64,000 bases of DNA from Diplonema japonicum (lineage: Eukaryota; Protista; Euglenozoa: Diplonemea), in the NCBI GenBank assembly GCA_964019335.1, contig OZ025649.1:868001-932000 (forward strand), read 5' to 3'. The notes below the pieces were generated by a model. It was given only the letters and a program-made list of their open reading frames with translations. It had not been told where the DNA came from and ran no database searches. Below are positions 1-11,154 of the stretch, piece after piece. The position numbers and the translations under genes were made by a program. Every line of letters starts with the position of its first letter. Positions within the stretch are counted from its first letter, which is position 1.

Positions 1-626
1 GAACAGTGGTGGCGGTGGTGGGGTCCTCCATCACTGTGGGGTGGAACACTGCGAAGAAGACATCGACACACTTTGAGAGCTCTCTGCGGTTCGCATCATT
101 CGTTCTCGGGAGGAGGTGCGCCAACAGCGATGTGTGTCTGGGTCTGAGCAGCGGCCCTGTTGTGAGTGCAACGATCGGGACGCACGGGCAGCGGTTCGTG
201 ACTGTGATGGGGGACTGCGTGAAGCTGAGCTGTGCGATGGCGGCGGCTGCTGCTGAGTACAGGACCTGTGCGCTGTTCTCGTCGTCGTCGATGACACACT
301 TCTTCACGGGGCTCCGGTCTGACCTGAAGAACATCCTGCGCCCCCTTGCGAATTGGGAGGTTCGTGCGGCTGACAAGCCCCAGACACTTGTGGTGTACGA
401 GATCTCGATACCTAGGCTGTACGACACAGACCTGACGAGCATGGTGAAGCAGGAGGGAGAGGCTGGGGTGAGCCCTACCGGAGGGGAGATGAGCTGGTGC
501 TGGTCGGATGCCTACTGGGAGGCCTTCACGGCTGGTGACCAGGAGCTCATCGAGAGGCACGCTCCATCGGATCCTGTCCTGAGCACTGTACGAGGGAGTG
601 CACCCAAGGTTGTGGTGCTGCGGTGA
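1..626 (+). CDS. 3' part of a membrane adenylate cyclase (upstream tandem copy; only the degenerate second cyclase domain is in the window)
   Basis: Near-identical to 3135..3760 (offset 3134). Both end ...GSAPKVVVLR*. Truncated by the window edge. Confidence 0.9.
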   Translation, partial: TVVAVVGSSITVGWNTAKKTSTHFESSLRFASFVLGRRCANSDVCLGLSSGPVVSATIGTHGQRFVTVMGDCVKLSCAMAAAAAEYRTCALFSSSSMTHFFTGLRSDLKNILRPLANWEVRAADKPQTLVVYEISIPRLYDTDLTSMVKQEGEAGVSPTGGEMSWCWSDAYWEAFTAGDQELIERHAPSDPVLSTVRGSAPKVVVLR

Positions 627-1408
627 TCGTATGTCGAAGTGATAGCGTGTGCGAGTCTATGTAAGCCTACTGTGAGAATGTGGAGCAGCGATGGATTGCA
701 GGTACCTGCGCGTGTGGCCGCCAAGAAGGGGGTCCTTCTTACAGCCATATCACGTGGACGGGAATACTTGCTTAATCATTACTTACTTTCTTTTTTTTAT
801 TTTCAAACAACTGATACAATCGTGCGAAATCGCGAGGGCAGTAAAGTCTTTGCATATAATACTCCCATCAATTGTCCCCCCTTCCCCTTGATCAAAGGAA
901 GAAGCGCAATTGCTCTCTTTTGATCCTTTTGTTCCAAAGCCCAGTCGAGAATATGAACAGTGAGCACCACACACACACACCCTGCTCACTGGGATTTATC
1001 GAGCTTATAGTATGTATTGTTCTTTTTTTTATCAATAACTTTTTCTTCCCCCCCCCTATACAACCTGCAGTGGCACAAGAGGAGACCTTAAGGCGTAAGA
1101 GGAAGGAGAGGTCTTACCTGTTTACGACCCATTACCTCCTTTCGTCTTTTCATCTATTCCCCTCTTTCTCGTGCATTAGAGGTCATCTATGCTTTCTAGA
1201 GCTGAACCATGGCAGGTACCTCAGTTACCCTTCCTCACTTATACCGTGCAAAAGCACCTTTCCGCAGAAGTGCACCATTTTGTTTCCTTGTGTTTTATTT
1301 TCCACTCGTCAGTTCCAGTGACTACCTTTTCTCCTGGCCACATCGTGGAACGTTGGCGAATTGTTACTTGTATTTGTTTGTTTCCAGTTGGCATGCTACC
1401 CAGGTTAC

Positions 1409-3760
1409 ATGGACATTGCAGCATTGCTGCAGAGGCTTACGGCCTATGCTGTGGATGAAGGAGACGATGACCTGACGCGGCTGCGCAAGACGTCAATGCT
1501 TACTTTGTATGTTCTCGCGTTTGGAATGGATTTAGCGGTGTTCTTCGTAGCCTCGAACGACATTGGAAAGTACACCTGCGTGGTGATGATGGCGACTGCC
1601 GTTATTTTCTTTCTGCACCTTGTTGTCACGCGGGTCATCACACCGTTCATCATAGAGTTCTACCTTAGTATCTGCTGCTTGTGCATCACATCGTTTGACT
1701 TGGTCACAGCCGCCGAGAGCACCGACCGTGCATGGCCTATACAGGTCATCATTATTGACATCCTGCTTGTGAACCGCGTCGGGAAGAACTACAGCAAGTT
1801 CCTCGTCATCTACGTTATTGCCTACCTTGCCTTCTTCACCTCGGAGAGCATGTTCCGCTTTGGTCTCTATGACATCCCTGGCACCAACAGCCAGGCCGCC
1901 CGCCTCGATCATGTCACCTGCTCCGCCCTCCCTTGCCCTGCAGTGCAATCGTCTATCCAGAACTACCTTACAGGTGTCTCTGTTTTTATATTGGACTTCT
2001 ACTTCACAAGAGGGTTTGCAAATAGTTTAGTACAGGAGAAGGCAAAGGTGGAGGCATCAGTGGATACTGCCGAGAAGATCGCACACAGCCTTGCAAACTT
2101 CGACCTTGATTCAGCTGAGGACGACCTTGCTGACGGGCGCCTGCCCCCCAAGCTACATGCCGCGTTTGACAGCATCCTCCAGAACCTGAAGCTCTACAGG
2201 CCGTTCCTTCCAGATGCCTTGTTCGAAGGGAATGGCAGGGACAGCGAGCCTGGTAGCATCCTTGGAAGCAGCTTGATGCCGCCTGGGACTAGCGGTGAAC
2301 CAGATGGGAGCAGGATAGCAGTTGTGTTCACAGACATCCAGGCTTCGACAGCAATCTGGGAGGCTTGCCCTGATGGGATGAGGAGAGCGCTGAAGCTTCA
2401 CAACAAGACCATTCGGAAGTTTATTGACATGTGCCAAGGGTACGAGGTGAAGACCATTGGTGACGCCTTCATGGTGACCTTCACCTCTCCTACGGATGCT
2501 GTGGACTTTGGGCTTGCTGTTCAGAAGGGTCTTGTTGCATGCTCGTGGCCAAATGATCTCTTCGATCTTCCGTTGTGTGAGCGGGACTCTGAGGGTCTGT
2601 GGGGTGGGCTCCGTGTGCGTGTTGGGGTCCACTACGGGGAGGCAGAGGTGGAGCTGAATGCCATCACAGGACGCTTCGACTACTTCGGGAACACAGTGAA
2701 TGTGGCCGCCAGGGTGGAGGCGGCTTCTGTCGGTGGTGGGGTTGCTGTCACTCCTGAGGTTCTGGCAGAACTCACAGATAGGTCCTCCTTCATCGAGATC
2801 CCTGTTGGCTCCGTTAGTCTGAAGGGTGTCTCGAACAGCAGGAAGCTCTCAATCATCATCCCCGAGGAGCTTCGTGGCAGGAGGTCTTATGTTGAGGGGC
2901 AGCTCAGGACGAGGGGGACAACACCCAAGGCACCTTCAGAGGGGTCGCATTCCACCGCCTCTCGTGTGAACGTCCAGCCTGCAGATCAGGTTCCGAACAC
3001 ACGCTTGGAGCACATTGCGAACGCCACCATTGGCTGTGTGGAGGTGAGGGTCAACCACAGCGGTGGAACAGCCGATTACACCACTGTGAACGAGGGGGTG
3101 TGCCGAACTCTGCACTCACTGGACAGGTGTGGTGGAACAGTGGTGGCGGTGGTGGGGTCCTCCATCACTGTGGGGTGGAACACTGCGAAGAAGACATCGA
3201 CACACTTTGAGAGCTCTCTGCGGTTCGCATCATTCGTTCTCGGGAGGAGGTGCGCCAACAGCGATGTGTGGGTGGGTCTGAGCAGCGGCCCTGTTGTGAG
3301 TGCGACGATCGGGACGCACGGGCAGCGGTTCGTGACTGTGATGGGGGACTGCGTGAAGCTGAGCTGTGCGATGGCGGCTGCTGCTGCTGAGTACAGGACC
3401 TGTGCGCTGTTCTCGTCGTCGTCGATGACACACTTCTTCACGGGGCTCCGGTCTGACCTGAAGAACATCCTGCGCCCCCTTGCGAATTGGGAGGTTCGTG
3501 CGGCTGACAAGCCCCAGACACTTGTGGTGTACGAGATCTCGATTCCCAGGCTGTACGACACAGACCTGACGAGCATGGTGAAGCAGGAGGGAGAGGCTGG
3601 GGTGAGCCCTCCTGGGGTGGAGATGAGCTGGTGCTGGTCGGATGCCTACTGGGAGGCCTTCACGGCTGGTGACCAAGATCTCATCGAGAGGCACGCTCCA
3701 TCGGATCCTGTCCTGAGCGTTGTGCTGGGGAGTGCACCCAAGGTTGTGGTGCTGCGGTAG
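1409..3760 (+). CDS. Multi-pass membrane class III adenylate cyclase with a C-terminal degenerate cyclase-like domain
   Basis: Hydrophobic N-terminal block, then VFTDIQ, YEVKTIGDAFM and FDYFGNTVNVAAR (both metal Asp, K/D adenine specificity, N/R). The second domain (GLSSGPVVSATIG...VMGDCV) lacks the Asps. ATG 1409 follows AG at 1386-87 and 1402-03. Confidence 0.93.
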   Translation: MDIAALLQRLTAYAVDEGDDDLTRLRKTSMLTLYVLAFGMDLAVFFVASNDIGKYTCVVMMATAVIFFLHLVVTRVITPFIIEFYLSICCLCITSFDLVTAAESTDRAWPIQVIIIDILLVNRVGKNYSKFLVIYVIAYLAFFTSESMFRFGLYDIPGTNSQAARLDHVTCSALPCPAVQSSIQNYLTGVSVFILDFYFTRGFANSLVQEKAKVEASVDTAEKIAHSLANFDLDSAEDDLADGRLPPKLHAAFDSILQNLKLYRPFLPDALFEGNGRDSEPGSILGSSLMPPGTSGEPDGSRIAVVFTDIQASTAIWEACPDGMRRALKLHNKTIRKFIDMCQGYEVKTIGDAFMVTFTSPTDAVDFGLAVQKGLVACSWPNDLFDLPLCERDSEGLWGGLRVRVGVHYGEAEVELNAITGRFDYFGNTVNVAARVEAASVGGGVAVTPEVLAELTDRSSFIEIPVGSVSLKGVSNSRKLSIIIPEELRGRRSYVEGQLRTRGTTPKAPSEGSHSTASRVNVQPADQVPNTRLEHIANATIGCVEVRVNHSGGTADYTTVNEGVCRTLHSLDRCGGTVVAVVGSSITVGWNTAKKTSTHFESSLRFASFVLGRRCANSDVWVGLSSGPVVSATIGTHGQRFVTVMGDCVKLSCAMAAAAAEYRTCALFSSSSMTHFFTGLRSDLKNILRPLANWEVRAADKPQTLVVYEISIPRLYDTDLTSMVKQEGEAGVSPPGVEMSWCWSDAYWEAFTAGDQDLIERHAPSDPVLSVVLGSAPKVVVLR

Positions 3761-6700
3761 TCACCTGAGCATAGAGGGGAGACCAACACAGGCACACGGG
3801 CAGCCCTATGGCACACTGTACACTGCTGGTGCCTGATAGGGATGCTTCTTCTGGTAGTTGTTGGGAGTCACGCTTCTCTACCATCCTTAGGTTTATAAAT
3901 GGTTGCAGGAGAACTACGTTTTTGTCTAGTGTACAGGGCATGGAGCCCTGATCTTATTTTCCACTGCGTATTGTCAAGCGAGGTTCTCCAGCCATTCTCG
4001 GTAGGAACAGAAAGGGGGTTTTTTTTTCTCGGATAGTTACTGTCCGGACAGAAGTATATTTGGTATATGTTCCCCTCACCCACTTTTTTTTTTTTTTCCT
4101 TTATAAGCCCAGTTCTATGTAGCATATTGTGTTTTTTTTTTTTTTCAGTCTGTCTTTTGATGTTTTTTTTTTGGTCCCCCTTCTTTTTTTAAGCCATATG
4201 GTTCAGCCGTTGTTTGCACCTAGCAGGAAGTCGGTGGCTGTAATTGGGCTTTCTCAAGAACCCTAGCAACCCGTGACAAGAGTACGAAGATAAAGCAATC
4301 TTATTAAGTCTTCTCTCTAGCCAACTGCTCCTTTCTATTAGACTATTTTTTTTTCTCTTCTAGGTAGGCACCCCCCGTGATTTAAGTGCCATTTAAATGA
4401 TGACATGGCATATCAAGCAAAGCCTCAAGACAAGAATTCCCAAGTTTACTACCTTTTTCTTTTTTTTTTTTTTTTTTTCCTTTTTTTTTTTTTACAACTC
4501 TGGAGTTAATGAGGGGCTGCTTAAGGCGTCAAGGGCCTTCCTTTTTTTTTTTTTTCTTTGGACCCTGTGTCGTGAAGTCTTGCTCTCTCGCAGTCAGTCG
4601 CCATGATTGTCCTAAGGTGACACCTTTGGCCTGATATACATGTCGAGGAATTATGCAATACCCCCAAGAAGCCCCAGGGGGGGCAGATGGGCAGAAGCAG
4701 CAATTGGCACCTTGGGCAGCTCCTTGCTTTCCATTTACGGTCGTATCTTTTTCTTAAAAGGAAGATTCAGATTTAAGAAAAGAAGAGGGAAAAGGATAAA
4801 GTAAAATGAAGGAAATTCGGAAAGGGACCAGCTTTAACTCATTAAGGCTTAAGGTTACCCTGTTCCGCGTTTTTCTTTCTCTCAAAGACTAAGGAAAGAA
4901 AAAGAGAAAAGAAAAAAGAAAAGCGCAAAAAAAAAGAAGAAAAAGAAAAAGAAAATAATAATTATAGCAAAAGAATAAACGAGATACAACGCACACGCAA
5001 AGAATAGAATTGAAAACAGAAGGGAAAGAACAAGAAAAGAAACAAAACAGAAGAAGGGAAAGAAAATAGAATTGGCCAGTCTCATTTCTCAGTTCAATTT
5101 TCTTTTCTTTCTCACTGATTTTCTATCTTCTTCTTCTTTCTTTCTTTTTTTTTTTTTTTTTTTTTTTTTTTTCTTTTTTTTTTTTTTTGAACCCCGCCTT
5201 TTGGCACTGGGGCACCTTGGTTGAGCAGCGGGTCGTCTTCCTTTGCCATTATTTTCTACCAGGTATCGAGCGACAGCACAGCACTGGACCGGGTTGTCCC
5301 GCTTAAGCCAGGAAGACTGTCCTCTCGTCTTTGTACCAAACGGTTGACAATCTGCTTTTCTTTCTCCAAGGTCTGCACTTCCAGTGTCATAAGGCTGTGG
5401 TATCAGGGGTCCTAGGTGCGAAGACGCCTCCCACAGTAACGGGGTGGGTGTCGTGGGGCAGCTTACCCTTCTTAACAGAGTCAATATTTTCTTTAAGTCC
5501 TTAAGGTCGAACTCACCTGGTAGTTCCCTCCCCTCTTTTTTCATTTTTTTTTTTATGTTCCCTCCCATACAAAAGCCCCTCCACCCTCATTCCAGCTGCA
5601 GTTATTTTATTCCCCGGGTGCAATTTATTGGGGGGGGTGTTTTTTATATGTTATTTCTGCCTTGATATGCACCCCCCCTTCCATCTCTACGTGCCTCTTC
5701 ATTGTTTAGGCCGTGTGTTCGTTTTTTTGGTAGTGCAAAGAAGGGAGAGAAGAGATGTCAAAAGGGGGGAAGGAACGCAAAAGGAGGGAGGTTAAGGAAG
5801 AGGAGGGTGTCTAATATCTATAGATAAGGAAGAAAGATGTAAAAAGAAAGAAAGCAGAAGTTTTCGGGTTTTTTTTTTTTTTTTTATTATTATTTCTCCT
5901 GACAGCGAGGTCACACGTGGTGGAAATATGCCATGTCAGTGCAGTAAGAGGGTTTGTGCACAGCAGAGCGACTGGGAGTATGGTGGGGTGTTGAGGGTTA
6001 TATCCTGGGAGAGAAGGGCCTATAGCGGGATGTCCAGCACCGACAGAGTTCTTTAATTGTTTTGTGTGAACAGAAATTACTTTATGAACCCAGATCCTTT
6101 TTTTTTCTTTTATAGACCGGCGGTGGGTAGGTGTCAGTCTCAGAATAAGGATTCATTATTGTAATTATCAGAAGAAATGATCTTTGTGGTTACTATTACT
6201 TTGAGGTGGATGTGTGCCCGTTGCGTACTAACAAAAAGAAATAACATGTCTTTCTTTTTTTTTTTAATTCTTTTATTTTCCCCTCTTTTTTTAAAGGATA
6301 TAGGACCCCCCCCCCCCCCCCCCCCCTGCCCGTTTTCTATACATTCTATTCTTTTCTTAATAAAGAAAGGTAATTTTTTTCTTTTTTTTTTTAGAGCAGC
6401 TCATCTGTGGCCTTTCCCTCACCCCTCACGGAGGTGCTGCTCGTTTGTTGTTCTATTTTTTTTTATCTAAGTTCAACCAATCTATGCATAAGTAGTACTC
6501 GTTTTTTTTTTTTTCTTTTTAGCGTTGTTGTCCTAGTTGAGAGAGCGCGTGGACCATGATATTCGGGAGGTGGGCTTTTTTTTCAGAAAGACGGCCTTTG
6601 ACCTTGGAAGTGGGCTATGGTATTGACTAAGGGTTTCTACCATACAGCCCCTTGTTCACAAGGTCGGTGCCGTCGGGGACAGAAGGATTAAAAAAGAGAA

Positions 6701-7013
6701 GAATGAAAAAAGAGAGGGTCGTACCAAGGATGCGGCCTGTCACCTCCATAGTTTTTTTTTGTTGTTTCCCTCTTATATTCTTTACGTTCTGCCTCCTTTT
6801 CTCCCCCCCCTCGCCCATTCTCTCTCTCCATGCCTTCGAGGATTCTTCTTGTGGACCGGAAAGGTACCGCATGGTGCCTTCATGATTGTGCGTTACAGAT
6901 TTCACTTTTTTTTTCCCAATCAAGAATTGAACTATCCAATAAGTAACTTCTATTAGTTTGTTTCTTTTCATTTTCTGCAAGCCATCCATCTTCAGGAAGG
7001 GCAGCACGCAGGC

Positions 7014-8450
7014 ATGAGGCCCAGTCCGGCTACATCGCCTGGGATCAGGGATGTGTTTAGTTTGATGTGCGGTACGGTTGCAGGTGCAGTAGGGTCAGGG
7101 AGGGAGTGGGCCGCGAAGCAAATAGAACACAGGAAGGCAGTTGTATCTGAGGAGGACAAGGTCATTGATATGTTGGTGGGGAAGGAGCAGTCAAGGCGAA
7201 GAGCGAACACGCTGCAAGGCCTTCCGCACACGTACCACGAGGGCTATGTGGATGTCGATGTCGTGAAGCAGATGCGGTACATGAAGCTGAAAGGTACAGA
7301 CATGCATGTGTCGCAAGTGGGCCTTGGCATGGGCGCTGCCACCGGCTCCTACGACAAGGTCGACAGGAAGACCGCTATCGAGGCCACGCAGCTCGCCTTC
7401 GTCAACGGTGTCAACTACTTCGACACTGCGCCCCTCTATGGCTACCACCGTAGCGGTGAGGCCATCCTCTCTGAGGCTTTGTCCGGCCTGCCACGCGAGG
7501 CATATTATGTTTCCACCAAGATAGGGAAGTACCTGAAACCAGTCAAGGACACCATCCTCGGTGGGCGCCGTTGGGTGCAGGAGAAGGACTACACCCACGC
7601 CACGACCCTCTCGTCCATCGAGCAGAGCCTCAAAACCCTTAACGTGGACTACATCGACATAGTCTACATTCACGACCCGCACCACTGCAAGGAGTACCGC
7701 CAGATCAGGGAGACCACAGGGCAGGCCTTGCTTGACGCCAAGCAGCAAGGGATGATCAAGTACATTGGCTACACAGGGTATGACCTTACGGTGTTGAACG
7801 CTCTACTCAAAGAGGAGAGAAGGACGGCTTTGGAGATGCAGGGGCGTCCTTCGTACTGCTCAGTGCTGCAGAGTGTGGCGAAGTATAACATTCTTGACCA
7901 CAGCCTCACGAAGACGAGGGCCCTGCCTTACAGGTTTTTCGAGTATGCTAGTAACTGTGATGTAGGCATCGTGTCTGCGGCACCACTGGGGATGGGGCTG
8001 TTCACCCCACAGGGGCCGCCTTCGTGGCATCCTGCAGGTGAAGAAATCAGGCAAGCAGCTAGGGATGTGGTGGAGTACTGTCTGGAGAGCAACGTGGACC
8101 CTGTGCGGATATGTTTGTATTTTGCGTTCAATCAGCAGGCCATTGCAACTCATCTAGTCGGGTGCGCTAATCCGCATGAGGTTCTCACTGCTGTGAGCGT
8201 AGCCACGGAGCCTATGAATGAAGATGAGGCCCACTGCCTGAACTGGGCGACGGGAAGGATCGAGGATTTGTCTGTGAACACGTGGTCTGAGCCAGGGGCC
8301 GTCTGGAACAGCCAGGGGTACCTCACCGACGAGGCGACGTACGCTAGGCACTACAGCGACGCGGAGGCAGCTCTCAGCAAGTTCATCCCAGGGCCAGGCA
8401 AGCTTGTCAACAAGGAGGCTTTCGACTCATTGGGAGCACCCGACTTTTAG
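7014..8450 (+). CDS. Aldo/keto reductase, L-galactose/D-arabinose dehydrogenase-like
   Basis: NYFDTAPLYG, YVSTKIG and YIHD give the D-Y-K-H tetrad. AAPLGMGLFTPQGPPSWHPA matches the L-galactose dehydrogenase subfamily motif. About 85 aa N-terminal extension. Confidence 0.85.
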   Translation: MRPSPATSPGIRDVFSLMCGTVAGAVGSGREWAAKQIEHRKAVVSEEDKVIDMLVGKEQSRRRANTLQGLPHTYHEGYVDVDVVKQMRYMKLKGTDMHVSQVGLGMGAATGSYDKVDRKTAIEATQLAFVNGVNYFDTAPLYGYHRSGEAILSEALSGLPREAYYVSTKIGKYLKPVKDTILGGRRWVQEKDYTHATTLSSIEQSLKTLNVDYIDIVYIHDPHHCKEYRQIRETTGQALLDAKQQGMIKYIGYTGYDLTVLNALLKEERRTALEMQGRPSYCSVLQSVAKYNILDHSLTKTRALPYRFFEYASNCDVGIVSAAPLGMGLFTPQGPPSWHPAGEEIRQAARDVVEYCLESNVDPVRICLYFAFNQQAIATHLVGCANPHEVLTAVSVATEPMNEDEAHCLNWATGRIEDLSVNTWSEPGAVWNSQGYLTDEATYARHYSDAEAALSKFIPGPGKLVNKEAFDSLGAPDF

Positions 8451-8514
8451 TATTTTTTTCTTCTTTCACTACCATACCTACCCTATCATTCATACAAGAG
8501 GTGGCAGAAGATGC

Positions 8515-11154
8515 ATGGAGGCGTTCAGGAAGGACAGTGAGAGAAGTGCCGCGGAGGACTACGACGGGCTTGACTACTGGGAACCGTATAACCAGGACAG
8601 GCGTGCGCACATCCTCGCTAACCACGTTTCCTCGAAGAAGACGCTATGGAAGTGGGTGCTGTTCGCTTTGATCGGCTTCGTTGTGGCCGTGATAAGCATT
8701 TGCATGCGGCAGTCTGTTGAGCGTATAGTTATCTTCAGGTTCAAGACTATCCACACTGTGCTTGATGTCCCATCAGGGAATAATACTGCTAGTTCGGATG
8801 CAGGAGGTGACCCTGCCTACTTCGTGGCTTGGGTGTTCTGGGTCCTCACGTCGATGATCCTTATTGGGTGCAGTGCGGCTGTCATTGTGTACATAGAGCC
8901 TAAGGCGGCAGGGTCGGGCTTACCAGAGGTGATGGCTTATCTGAACGGCGTGCAGTTGAGCAGGGTGTTCTCCCTGAGGGTCATGGCTGTAAAGTTCTTG
9001 TCATGTTTCTTGGCCGTGTCAAGCGGCCTTCCTGTTGGTCCCGAGGGTCCCATGATACACTTGGGCAGCATGGTCGGTGCGTTCCTCACGCAGAAGAAGC
9101 ACCACATCCTCAACGACTCCCTTAGTCAGTTTCGCAATACTGTTGATAGGCGCGCTTTCATCACCTGTGGGGCTGCTGCAGGTGTGTCCGCTGCTTTCGG
9201 TGCTCCTGTTGGGGGGCTTCTCTTTGTGATGGAGGAAATCGCGTCCTTCTGGGACAGGTCCCTCACGTGGTTGATCTTTTTTTCTACGATGACGTCCTTC
9301 TTCACGGTCGCCTGCATCAATAGCGTGGTGCACGGGTGGGCTTCTACGGGACATATCTTTGGTGAACTTGTTGAAGAGGCACAGGTTCTCTTTCAGCCTG
9401 AGATCGTTCTCACCACTGTGAACCTCAACCTGCTGATTATCATCCCATCCATCATCATCGGTGGTGTGTGCGGCTTCCTTGCTGTGGTATTCACAAGACT
9501 GAACCTCTCAGTTGTGAGGTGGCGGAAGCGTGTTGTGAATAAGAAGAAGTGGCGACGGGTGGCCGAGCCCCTCCTCATCGCCTTTGTATACGGGTCGCTG
9601 AGCTTCCTGTTACCGTGCATCACGTCGTGCGAAAAGGTACCGCGGCTGTCATCTTTCCAGGGCACAGAGGCCCCCACGAACAGGAACGACTTTGCGCAGT
9701 TCATTTGCACGCAGAACGATGAGTACTCACCTCTGGCAACGCTCACGTTGAACTCAGGCGAGAACTCAGTCAGGCATCTCTTCAGCAAGGGAACGCAGGG
9801 GCAGTTCAAACCGGGCGAACTTGCAACGTACCTTACGCTGTTTCTCTTCTTCAGTGCCTACACCTCTGGGTCTGCTTTCTCGACCGGCATCGTGATTCCT
9901 ATGCTTGTGATCGGGTCTGTCGTCGGGCGGTTCTGCGGTGAGGTGTTCCACGGCTTGGCCCCCTCATGGGCCGACTACACCTGGTCGGATCCTGGCTTGT
10001 TCGCCTTGCTTGGGAGTGCTGCCTTTTTCGCAGGTGTGTCGCGCCTCACCGTGTCGCTGGCAGTCATCATGCTGGAGATTTCGCATGAAATCAAGTTTCT
10101 CCCACCGATCATGATCTCCATCATGGTGTCGAAGTGGACGGCTGACTACAAAGAGCCGTCATCTCTGTACCACTCCTTGATCCACTTGATGGGAGTGCCG
10201 TTCATGGAATCCGGTAAAGAGAAGGAGATGGGCTACGAGCTGTTCACAGCAAGCAGCGTGATGAGCAGCCCTGCAGTGACGGTGCGGGAGATGGAGTACG
10301 TCGGGAGGTTATTCAGCGTGCTGGCAACACCGCATAACGGGTTTCCGGTGGTGAGCAAGAGCGGGCGGTTGAAGGGGATTATTTTACGGGTCCAGCTGGA
10401 GACGCTTCTGGAGAACATCGATCTGAGTTTGATCAGGTCTGCGAGGGACAGCAGTGTGAGCGTGACGAACTGGCATGAGCTGGTGCAGAACATGCAGACG
10501 GTGGAGGCAACGTCGACGAGGCGTTACTGGAGGACATCGCTGATGGAGAAGGGCGCAGCACTGACGGATGGCGAGAAGGGCAGCAAGATCAAGCTGACAC
10601 CATATGTGAACACGTCGCCATTCACGGTCCACAAGAACTTCCGGCTGAACCTGACACGGACATCTTTCCAGGCGATGTCCATGCGGCACCTTGTTGTTGT
10701 GGACAGCAGCTTCGCTCCAGTAGGCATGGTCACAAGGAAGGACCTCATCAGCATGGACAGGAGGATCGCAACGCGGGAGGCGACGTACGATGACGACGTT
10801 GACAGCGAGCCGGGCGACGAAGGTGCGGCTGTTAGTAGCCCGTGGATGTCACCCAAGAACCGCAGTGCCTCATCCCCTTCGGCGAAAAGCAGTTTTCATG
10901 TTGAGCTGCCTTTATTACCAGAAGACGGGGGAGAAGATGAAGAAGAAGAAGAAGAAGAAGAAGAAGAAGAAGAGGAGGAGGAAGAGGAGGAGGAAGAGGA
11001 GGGAGAAGATGAGCTCTACCAAGACGAGGCACCGCCTGCCCCGCCCATCGACGTCAGCTCGCTCCCCTTAGCGATACCTTGCAGCATCTCACCGCACCTG
11101 ATGCCGTATTCGTCGAACCCGCTCTTCCCCACCATAAGCTATACCCCGCTGTAA
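8515..11154 (+). CDS. CLC chloride/proton antiporter (CLC-6/7-like) with two CBS domains
   Basis: GSGLPE, GPEGPMIH (gating Glu), AAFGAPVGGLLFVMEE (proton Glu), GIVIP, CBS motifs HNGFPVV and MRHLVVVD. First true ATG is 8515. Confidence 0.95.
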   Translation: MEAFRKDSERSAAEDYDGLDYWEPYNQDRRAHILANHVSSKKTLWKWVLFALIGFVVAVISICMRQSVERIVIFRFKTIHTVLDVPSGNNTASSDAGGDPAYFVAWVFWVLTSMILIGCSAAVIVYIEPKAAGSGLPEVMAYLNGVQLSRVFSLRVMAVKFLSCFLAVSSGLPVGPEGPMIHLGSMVGAFLTQKKHHILNDSLSQFRNTVDRRAFITCGAAAGVSAAFGAPVGGLLFVMEEIASFWDRSLTWLIFFSTMTSFFTVACINSVVHGWASTGHIFGELVEEAQVLFQPEIVLTTVNLNLLIIIPSIIIGGVCGFLAVVFTRLNLSVVRWRKRVVNKKKWRRVAEPLLIAFVYGSLSFLLPCITSCEKVPRLSSFQGTEAPTNRNDFAQFICTQNDEYSPLATLTLNSGENSVRHLFSKGTQGQFKPGELATYLTLFLFFSAYTSGSAFSTGIVIPMLVIGSVVGRFCGEVFHGLAPSWADYTWSDPGLFALLGSAAFFAGVSRLTVSLAVIMLEISHEIKFLPPIMISIMVSKWTADYKEPSSLYHSLIHLMGVPFMESGKEKEMGYELFTASSVMSSPAVTVREMEYVGRLFSVLATPHNGFPVVSKSGRLKGIILRVQLETLLENIDLSLIRSARDSSVSVTNWHELVQNMQTVEATSTRRYWRTSLMEKGAALTDGEKGSKIKLTPYVNTSPFTVHKNFRLNLTRTSFQAMSMRHLVVVDSSFAPVGMVTRKDLISMDRRIATREATYDDDVDSEPGDEGAAVSSPWMSPKNRSASSPSAKSSFHVELPLLPEDGGEDEEEEEEEEEEEEEEEEEEEEEGEDELYQDEAPPAPPIDVSSLPLAIPCSISPHLMPYSSNPLFPTISYTPL
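10939..11001 (+). repeat. (GAA/GAG)n poly-Glu tract in the CLC tail
   Basis: About 21 consecutive Glu codons. Confidence 0.95.

Larger units (their letters stand above)
1..3760 (+). repeat. Tandem duplication of the cyclase gene (1..626 ~ 3135..3760)
   Basis: Direct comparison shows few substitutions. Similarity stops at the stop codon. Confidence 0.95.
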
